The position numbers and the translations under genes are program-made. Of a DNA stretch of 64,000 nucleotides, positions 1 to 9,195 are shown in pieces. The stretch lies in assembly GCA_029953675.1 (NCBI GenBank), contig JAMWBK010000008.1:186001-250000 (forward strand), written 5' to 3'. Position 1 is the stretch's first letter; each line of letters starts with the position of its first letter. The notes under the pieces are model-generated. The model was not told the DNA's origin, searched no databases, and worked only from the letters and a program-made list of their open reading frames with translations. The DNA comes from Rhodosorus marinus CCMP1338. Taxonomy: Eukaryota; Plantae; Rhodophyta.

Positions 1-1826
1 CCCATTCTTTTAAAAACGCTGCTCTTCGCAAGTTTCTAACCATGCATTGACGGAATGACCTTCATCTAAGGCTCTTCTTGTTAGCAGTGTTGATCCGACA
101 TTTATTTCAAACCCAAGTTTAAAGAAAGACAACCTAAGTGTACAAGCTTATTGGAATAAAGCCAGCTTATTGTAATCCTTTTGGCAAATATCTGATGAAA
201 CTTCGCGTTCCAACATCGCCCGGAGAAAGAGGGTTCGACACGAACAATTCCGCTTTCGTGAAACTCCTTCCCGCTAACCGTTCTATGCGATTCGATCGTG
301 AAGTTCACACCAATACGCAATAGAATCAATCCACTTAAGAACTCACCCTTCTCAAGAATTTCAACTTTTGCTTTTACAACAACTCTCGCTTCTTCTCCCT
401 CTTACCATTCTATCCTTGTCTATCACTACTCGGATTTTTGATATTACTATATTATACCAAGTCCATATGTCGCTAATCGACGGTCGCTATGATTCATCAT
501 CAAGCATATAGAAAAACCATTAAATCAAGAGTGACAGTCTGTCACGCCCAGAAATGCTCACTATTCAACTCCAGAACCAAAATTCCTACAAGCAGATGTG
601 CTATAAATGTTAGCAGATTATGACTGATCCGCACGCATCGAATGCTCCACATCGGATGCTCCGCATCGAATGCTCCCCTGAAACTCTACGTAAACACCTA
701 CTGTAGTATGCCGAGGGGATAGGCATTTTCTTTCTTCGTTTGAGGGCCTTTGTTTTCTTTATTTTGTTCAGAATATTGCTTTATTCTCTGAAGTGCTGTC
801 ATTCTTTTTGCCCACCGCGGGCCAATGGGGGTTGTTGTTCACCGAATCCGGATCACGCAAAACGATCTCCACAGACCAACACCATTCCCTTAGAGCACTC
901 ATTCTACCTGTGAGTCTCCCCTTGGCCCAATGCGATGCGTCAAAATCCTTTGTTTTCGGGTACTTTATCCTGACCAAAACCTGTTGAGGAGAAATGGTCC
1001 GCGATCGAACACTTCGTGCGACGCCAGTCTTCCCTAGCCCCATATCCAAGATCTCAAAATCTTCTCTTTCGTAGTCAATATTCTGGCAAAATGGAGTGGC
1101 AAATGTTCCCAACGAACACGTTCCTCCCCCCCCAAACATATGTTCGTATCAAAACAATATCTGCTTGGCCAAAAGGAGTCATGCCCATGGCCAATGTTCC
1201 CAAACGAGTAGTGAGACTGCATGAGTCTGTGGCCCGCCAAAAACGGCCTTGTTCGGTCGAGACAATTTCCGGGCGAAGTCATCAGTGCTTCCCGTCCGCA
1301 CGCAGGGTTAAACAATCTCAAAACCTTGGCTTCGAGGGTAAATATTCTGGCCAAAGAAAGTCCGGGCCAATGTTCTGATGAGGACTATCGGCCTTGGAGA
1401 TGTGGTTGCTGAATTAGAGTATTAGCGACTGCGCGGAGCCTCGTCGAGCCTCGTCCGCGCAGTAAGGCCCGGGGGGGGAGTGGAGGGGCGAGTTGGAGAG
1501 GTGTGGACGGGTGTGCGGAGACGAGTGAGGATAGCGGTGGAGTTTGCGGACTATTTGTTTGATTTCTTTCCGCAGGCTTTCCGAAAGCTCTTTAGAAGAG
1601 ATCTTATTAGTCGGTACTGAACCCGCTAACTTGTCTTGCGCAAGCGGTTGGGTTTCTTGGGGGACATATTGGCTGTTATGGCATGGCCGTGAGGTTGGGT
1701 GGTTGGTTTTTTAGGACTGGAGAAGGATTGGAGCTGTGAGGAGTCAGATTAGGAAGGATCGGCGTGCCCACGGTTGGGTTCGCGGGTTCTGGGGGTATGG
1801 CAAGCAAACAAGAGGGAAAAACCCGT

Positions 1827-2687
1827 ATGGACGCCTACGCGTTTGCAGTAGTGCTGGTTGCGCTAGTTTTGCAGCGGACGGGGGTCGGCGCAACGCTTAC
1901 GAAAGTTGACTTCGAAGATGCTCCTGTCATGGATATTATTGATGGTCTTCCGACCGACTTCGCTTTTCTGCCTCCTGGTCAGACTGACCGCATTCTGGTG
2001 ACAGGTTATACGGGAGCGGTCCAAGTTGTCGTGAGAGGAGCGGTGCAGGAGAAATTAATCCTGGACGATAGGGTTTCCCAGGCGGAGCTGGACAGTTGGA
2101 CGGGCTACCCCAGATTGTGGGATCGAGGCCTGGCGCCAGAGTATCGATCGGTTCCTGTAGATTCCGACTTTCAAAATCATCCCTATGTGTACCTCGCGTA
2201 CTTTCACTACATTGAAAGAGTGCGAAGAACTCCTCCCCAAGGGTTTGTGGTTCGGTACAGGGTGAGCAATGACCTCTCAGAGGCGATCCGTAGCTCGAAG
2301 AGATTCATTCTCGGAGGATACGTGAATGGAAATTGTACGCAAATTAGCACAGCGGAGGATACCATTTGCGTTACTGCTCCTAATCATACGATGGGGGGGA
2401 TACTCGTGAACCCCCAGGGAAGAGTTTGGATATCCGTAGGGGATTCCGCCTTTGGGGACAATTTTGACCGGCCGAACGCCATGAGGGCTCAGGACGTTGA
2501 CACTCTATACGGGAAGGTCCTCAGGGTAAATAGGTCTGGGAAAGGCCTGCCATCTAACCCCTACTACGACGGCAGCCCGGATTCAAACCGATCAAAGGTG
2601 ATGGCTTTGGGTCTGCGCAACCCATGGAACATTCATTGGGATGCTGAGCTTGATACTCCATGGGTCAGTGATGTTGGAGAAGTAACC
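1827..2687 (+). pseudogene. 3'-truncated secreted PQQ-dependent glucose/sorbosone dehydrogenase-like (GSDH beta-propeller) gene
   Basis: ATG at 1827 followed by a hydrophobic signal peptide. Motifs HTMGGILVNPQGRVWISVGD, LYGKVLRV, SNPYYDG and ALGLRNPW match the paralog at 58184..62272. Sequence switches to a retroelement 3' end at 2688, before the expected EEV..G.NFGWP motif. Confidence 0.8.
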
Positions 2688-5578
2688 GTAAGCTTTACTG
2701 GGCAGCTGCCTACTGCAGCGCAACACTACGTCTAATCCTATCTAGGGAGAAACTTACTGGAACCCCGCTACCGGGGTCTCATGCTACGTTCAAAAGAAAA
2801 AACAGGCATCAGCGGATTCTCCAACTGGTCGACGCGCAAAAGCGCCTAGTGCTATCTCTGCGTTACCTCGCCAAAGTTGCCGGTTCATCTGCGATCTCAC
2901 GTCTCTCAGCTCCTCACTCCTGTGCAGTAGGTGTTTGCAGCTGTCGCGGAGGAACTCTTGTGCCATTTGCCCCGTACGCCCAAACGTCTCTATCGCTATC
3001 GGGATGAACTTGTCATCCGGTTTCTCGATCACCATCGCTTCCTTGTAGTGAGCGATTTTCCACTTCTCCGCAGCTCGCGCCGCGTATCCGCTATCATCTT
3101 GGCTCCGCCGCAAATATTTTCCCTGTAATGGTGACACCACAGTCACATCCAGCGCATACCTTTGTTTGGTCCTCGGATGCCTAGCAACGATATCAGGTCG
3201 CAGTCCGTAGTTCCCGAAGTACCCCTCAGGTTCTTGCTCTACGTCCATGAAGTTCCATCGCCTCAGCCACCGTGCCAACTCTCTGCAGATTTCGTCGTGC
3301 CTACGTTGCCAGTTGATGTTGGGCAGTGATGAAACCGTTGTACCCCAGTCCTTCCATGTTTACTCCGGCAACTAGTGCACTTCTCGGTGGTCCGCAATCC
3401 CGGAATTGGCAGACCCAGCAGTTGTCGAACGTTTACCTGCATCTCAACCGCGCTCAATTTTTTCGGTGTCAGCGTTGGTATTTCACGCAGCCAGACTCCC
3501 GACCCGGATCCCGCGGCGGACCGTATTCGAGCTCGGTTTTCAGGGGAGATTCGTGGGTTGGTGACCAACCTTTGGAATGCACAATGGTGTGCCTCTCGAG
3601 AGAGGGTTTGTTGTATTGAACCATTATTCCAAGCTGCAGTCTCGCCCAGTGCGCTTCGAAGAGAAGTTTCTCGCGGTTGTTGCAGGGTAGTCAGTGCCAA
3701 GATCCGCGGCGGGGTTTCTGGTCCGAGCCTCCGTTGTATTGCTCGCGACGATGCACAGATCTGGTCCGCCAGCTGTGAAGTCGACCATCGTTGCTCCGTC
3801 GGCTCGTATGTGTCTGGTGAGCATTCTGCCGAAACCTCCCGCTCTAGTTCAGTCAGGTATGGCCATTCCATCTTCATTGTTCCGGAAGGTGTTTCTCCAT
3901 GACGAGTAAAACGCGATGGGTTGGACGCGCTTTCGAGTAGCGAAACCCAACCCCCCCCCAGCGGCAGGGCAGAGCGATTTGGTCCAAGATCAGCTCTGCG
4001 CACTCGTCGTCCTCTACAGCTGTCGTAGCGAGGCCTCCGAATAGAATTTCCAGATGATATCTGGTCATCACATCGGCCTCGCGTGCCAGAGTTCTTCCAA
4101 ACTCGTATGCGAGGCATCGCAGAACATAGTCTAGCCGCGTTTCCGCACAGAACCTGAAGAGGGCAATTTGCGTCGTAAGCTCCGTTTGTGGGAGCTTGGC
4201 AATTTCCTCAAAGAGCTTCTCATGCTTATTTTGCAGCCCCCGGCACTCCTGTTCGATATATTCTCGGCTGCCTATCGGTATCGAGTGGATGGTGACTCCG
4301 TCTCTGGTCACTTGGACTCCAGGGATCTCATGATTGACCACTCGCGTGGAAGTCAGTGTTCGCCCGTACAAAGTATATGCGGACAAGCTGCTCGATGGCC
4401 CGCTTCAGCCTGTGGGCAGCGATATCCCCGGGAGCGATGGTCTGACGTTCGAGGTAACCCAGAAGGTTGTCTGGGTCCAGCGCCTGGCCAGTGTAAAGGC
4501 TTACTTGTCTATCGGCGTGTCGTTGTGTGAAGGATCCGAATATCCCAGTCCGGAAAACTCCTCGGGAGATGGCACTTTGGAGAATCGGAATTGCGTCTGG
4601 ATGGCACAACAGGCAGGCATGGGAGGCAATAAAGTCCACATGCACCACATAAGAGCTGGGCATACCCAGTGCTCTGCAAAGAACCGTTGCAAAGTCCGCA
4701 GGGGCCACCTCATCCAGCCTTGGGGGTCGGACATTCCGTAGCGTCGCGAGGACTGGAGCAACATCGGGTCGTCCGACCGTAGCGTGCAGTTGCCGCAGGG
4801 CAGCCTGCTGGGTTTGGGGTCCGGGGCGTCCAAAAGTTCTGGAACGAGCATCTCCTCCTCTCCCTGGTTCTTTCTGAGCTGCAGACTCGGCGAAGGTTGG
4901 CCTTGTAGGGCCCTCCCCGATGGCTGGGAATGCCTCCGCATAGTGTCCTAGATCCCGGACACCTGTCCCTCCCTGGGGCGCAGGGAGCCGGGTTCCTAAA
5001 TCATGGACGTCATAACTTCCTGGCAGTCGACCGTTACGGTAACCGGTGTCGGGGGCGAGGTGGTTGCCTACGGCCTGTCGCGGGAGATCATGCGGAGATG
5101 GTGCAGAATTCGTAGTAGCGGCTCCACCTTCCCACATAACCGGTTTCCGGGACAACTCCGTAAGGCGTCACCGGACCAGCTCTTGCGAGCTGTTGACCCG
5201 CGAGAACAGTTGAAAAACTGCTTTGTAGAAGTCTGTAATTTCGGACGCAGCGATGCCCAGGTCCTGATAGCATCTGTCGAAGCTACGCAGTTGATGCAAG
5301 AATGTGGCTGCCGGGTCGGTTGCGGCTGCAGACTCGGTCCGCGTTCTTGCTTGAACATCGCCTGCTTGTGGTTCCATCGGTGCCTCCTGCACGTCGGCAT
5401 CAGACTGGTGCTGGTGCCTTTGCAAAACTTCCCGGGTGCCCGAGGGGTCCGGGCCCTGAATGACAAGAGGTTCGGGGTATGGCCCGCGTACCTCCCTCAC
5501 AATCATCTTCAGACTCTCTTACGAACTTTTCGTTTTGTCTTCCTTACGAACTTTTCCTTTTACCCCAGACTCTAACGT
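2688..5578 (-). mobile_element. Family A non-LTR retrotransposon (CRE-like), internally deleted copy A1
   Basis: RLE motifs RPD..LDVTVVSP..AEKWK..Y..FIPIAIETFG (2790..3278). RT C-terminal region (3263..4386) and ORF1 pieces (4328..5506). RT core is absent relative to A2. Confidence 0.85.
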
Positions 5579-5593
5579 CAGACTAACGTAACC

Positions 5594-6358
5594 GTAAGCT
5601 TTACTGGGCAGCTGCCTACTGCAGCGCAACACTACGTCTAATCCTATCTAGGGAAAAACTTACTGGAACCCCGCTACCGGGGTCTCATGCTACGTTCAAA
5701 AGAAAAAACAGGCACCAGCGGGTTCTCCAGCTGGTCCACGCGCAAAGCGCCTAATGCTATCTCTGCATTACCTCGCCATAGTTGCCGGTTTATCTGCGAT
5801 ATCACGTCTCTCAGCTCCTCACTCCTGTGCAGTAGGTGTTTGCAGCTGTCGCGGAGGAACTCTTGTGCCATTTGCCCCGTACGCCCAAACGTCTCTATCG
5901 CTATCGGGATGATTCTTGTCATCCGGTTTCTCAATCACCATCTATTCCTTGTAGTGAGCGATTTTCCACTTCTCCGCAGCTCTCGCCGCGTATCCGCTAT
6001 CATCTTGGCTCCGCCGCAAATATTTTCCCTGTAATGGTGACACCACCGTCACATCCAGCGCATACCTTTGTTTGGTCCTCGGATGCCTAGCAACGATATC
6101 AGGTCTCAGTCCGTAGTTCTCGAAGTACCCCTCAGGTTCTTGCTCTACGTCCATGAAGTTCCATCGCCTCAGCCACCGTGTCAGCTCTCTGCAGATTTCG
6201 TCGTGCCTACGTTGCCACAGTCCAGTTGATGTTGGGCAGTGATGAAACCGTTGTACCCCAGTCCTTCCGTGTTTACTCCGGCAACTAGTGCACTTCTCGG
6301 TGGTCCGCAATCCCGGAATTGGCAGTCCCAGCAGTTGTCGAACGTTTACCTGCATCTC
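5594..6358 (-). mobile_element. Family A 5'-truncated copy with 15-bp TSD CAGACTAACGTAACC
   Basis: Near-identical to 2688..3450. The TSD is seen at 5579-5593 and 6364-6378. Confidence 0.9.
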
Positions 6359-6959
6359 AACCCCAGACTAACGTAACCCCTCCTCGACGACTAGCGGACG
6401 CAGGAAGGTAACTGGCCGCTTCGGGAGACGGTATGGAGAGGTCAATGTACTCACTCCGACGCGCATTAAGGTCGGACACCACTAGCTCCGCCACCCGCTG
6501 CACGGCAGCGCGCGCGTTAGGCTCATCAGATGATAACATCTGCAACCCGCAGTGGCTTCTCACCTTCGATTTCCAGGCCATCGTATCGAACCATTGGCCG
6601 CAATTCGGTTTAGTGTCTACTTTTTCTTTTTATCGTATTAACCGTATTTAAATAATTAATATTTTATTTACACTTGCCAGTTAAACGATAGGTGATGTCC
6701 CCAGGAACTACTGCTTTCCTGCTTTCCTTCATTTTTCTATGAAAACATTATCTCTTTTTTTTCCCTTCGTCCGTGGGGATATTTCATCTTAAAAATTGAC
6801 AGCAGCTGGGCTATGAAATCTATCATTTAAACTATATTCGTATGCAAGAGGGGGATCTTGAATATTCAGGAACATATCATTAAAACGATACAAAGACTGA
6901 ATATTTCGTTAGAAATGGTTTTACTCGATAGTCCGAACCATCATTCCCTGCGGTCTCGT

Positions 6960-7424
6960 CTGCTGCTCCTCCTGTGGGGGCTGCTCGCGTTTGTTGCAGG
7001 GTAGTCAGCCTCAAGGTCCGGGGCCGGCTTTCAGGGCGAAGCCTCCGTTGTATTTCTAGCGCTGATGCGCAGATCTGGTCCGCGAGCTGTGTAGTTGACC
7101 ATTGTAGCTCTGTCGACGGGTATGTTGGTGACGTGCGTTCTGCCGAGACCTCCCGCTCCAGCGCGGCCAGTCGCCTTGATTGCTGCGGAAATTGTTTCTA
7201 CATGCCGAGTGGAACGCGATAGGTTGCACGCGCGTTCGGGTAGCAAATGCCAGCCCCCTCCAGCGGCAAGGCAGTGCAATCTGGTCCGAAATCATTTGTA
7301 CGTACTCGTCGTCCTCGGTGGCCGTAGTAGCGAAGCCTCCGAATAGGATTTCCGGATGATATCTGATCGTCGTACCCATCTCCCGTACCACAGTTCTTCC
7401 GAACTGGTAGGCTAAGCATCGTAG
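6960..7424 (-). mobile_element. Degenerate family A RT C-terminal fragment
   Basis: Translates to EILFGGFATTATEDDE..QIALPCRWRGL, homologous to A1 3680-4130. Followed by CCCCAGACT at 7425-7433. Confidence 0.75.
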
Positions 7425-7745
7425 CCCCAGACTTCACTCAAAAAGGGATTCATTCATTCAAGCTAAAGCATAGTGGATCAATGTATAGTAAGTGGGAGGA
7501 GTTGTTGTCGAGGATTGGGGTTTTGTTTCTTTTTCGGTCGCGAGCGTGTTCGTTTACGGGAAGCGCTTCCTCTGGTACGCCTTCCCCTCGATTTTCCGCG
7601 GGGCTTCGTTTGCATTTGCAACCACTTCTGTCTTCCGGGTGGGTGTGTTGCGGGGCCTTTCCTATTTGGGTTGGGTTTGGTCGATTATTCTCTCGGTGCG
7701 GTTTCATATTGGTGGTGCAACGTTTCCTTTGCGGATTCCCTCAGG

Positions 7746-9164
7746 ATGGTAGGGATATCTCCGCGCTCGACGGAGCCTCCTCCCAAGGAGGCACTGCCAG
7801 GTGGGGGACTCCGTGTTCGCCTCAGCTGCGGCACGTTTTCTTCCGAGTTTTCCGAGGTTGACTTGGAAGGCGCTTCTGGCACCCAGGCGCGTGCACTTAT
7901 CTCCGCTGTCACCAGCCTGATCACGGCTGCGAGTGATCGTGGAGTGCTCCCTCAGCTCACCAAGAAGCTAGGTGGGCTGGAATCGGGATTGCTGGCCAGG
8001 TCAAATTCAAATTCGGACGAGAATTTGAATTGCCCCAGAGTGGCAGGATTGGGTGAAGGCAGTCAACATCAGGTCAATCAACATGAACCTGTCCCGGGAC
8101 ATGCGAGGGCTGTTGCTTCTGCGCGGGAGAGTACGACGTTGGGGAGCGGCAGGCCGGGCCAAAACGCGCTTCAGCGCTCGGGGACTCGAGGCAATGGTGG
8201 TGGTGACTGTGCGGCAACCGGTGTGGAGGAGACTTCAGCTGTGGACTTCCCTCTCTTGGACCAGCCCTCAGGTGGTCACCAGCTCCCGGCTACTTCGGGG
8301 GCACGTGGTGGCCGCAAGGGGGGTGCTTCGTACGCGTCAGTCTTGCGGAAGGGCACCACTGCCACACGTACGGCGGCTATGCTCCGTTTCATACCATCTC
8401 GCGAGCCTCAGGATGGACCTGTGGAGACCACTCTCCAATTTCTGTGGGTGCGAAATGTCCGGCCCCAGACTACACGAGGACAGGTTCTGTCTATGCGAGA
8501 CTTCCGGGACACTTTTGCGGAATCGTTAGGGTGCAGCCGGGGTGATTTCTTCTTCGCAAACTATGAGGGCCGCGATGTGCTGTTTTTGGTCTCCGCAACC
8601 GCCGCCAAGTACCTGGAGGCCTTGCTGGCGAAGCCTACCGAGCAGTGGCCTGAGAGCGCCCGGTGGCTGCGCTGCAACCCGCAGGTGGTTTTGCACTTGG
8701 ATTTTGACCGTTTCTCGGGCAATTTCCTGTCTCCGGGAGAAACGGCAGGGCTCTCTGAGCATGAGAGCAGCGTGAAGGCGGCAGCGATCCATTGGCTACG
8801 GATTCAGCGCCTTGAGAGGATCTTGTTGGAGCGGTTCCGGTCGGGCCCTCGTCACCTGCGCATGGCGGTTTCCAGTTTCTTCGATCTGGAGAGGCGACTT
8901 GTGCTGACTTCGCGCTACAAGACAGAGCTGCAGCGGGTGGGTATTTTGGAGGGCTCTGCTTCCAGCACTACTGCCAGCGAGAGTGGTGAGGAAAGGGAGC
9001 AGACTGAGGGCATGGCGGTGGAGGACGCCCAGGTTACTTTGCTGAAGCCCGCGGGATCCGTTCCGCGAGCCTCGCGGAGTGGGCGGCTCACGACTTTGGT
9101 GCGGATAGGAGGTAAGAGAGCGAGGACCGACTCCCCCGGGTCTAAGGGGGAGAAGCACGATTAG
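7746..9164 (+). CDS. Family B ORF1 protein (low-complexity N-terminus, conserved RNVRP domain)
   Basis: First in-frame ATG at 7746. Conserved in copies at 34909..36378 and 46792..48276. Confidence 0.75.
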   Translation: MVGISPRSTEPPPKEALPGGGLRVRLSCGTFSSEFSEVDLEGASGTQARALISAVTSLITAASDRGVLPQLTKKLGGLESGLLARSNSNSDENLNCPRVAGLGEGSQHQVNQHEPVPGHARAVASARESTTLGSGRPGQNALQRSGTRGNGGGDCAATGVEETSAVDFPLLDQPSGGHQLPATSGARGGRKGGASYASVLRKGTTATRTAAMLRFIPSREPQDGPVETTLQFLWVRNVRPQTTRGQVLSMRDFRDTFAESLGCSRGDFFFANYEGRDVLFLVSATAAKYLEALLAKPTEQWPESARWLRCNPQVVLHLDFDRFSGNFLSPGETAGLSEHESSVKAAAIHWLRIQRLERILLERFRSGPRHLRMAVSSFFDLERRLVLTSRYKTELQRVGILEGSASSTTASESGEEREQTEGMAVEDAQVTLLKPAGSVPRASRSGRLTTLVRIGGKRARTDSPGSKGEKHD

Positions 9165-9195
9165 CGCTCCAGGCACGGCTGCGAGGTCGCCGCCT

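Noticed and set aside
768-1139. ILDMGLGKT resembling SNF2 helicase motif I
   Set aside because: No other helicase motifs, short ORF; treated as a chance match or unassignable fragment.
6357-6581. 74-aa minus-strand ORF running into the 16-mer
   Set aside because: No recognisable motif; cannot tell a truncated gene from noise.
7473-7745. Open frame upstream of B ORF1 (possible non-AUG extension)
   Set aside because: Interrupted by a stop in B2x and by an insertion in B4; not conserved.
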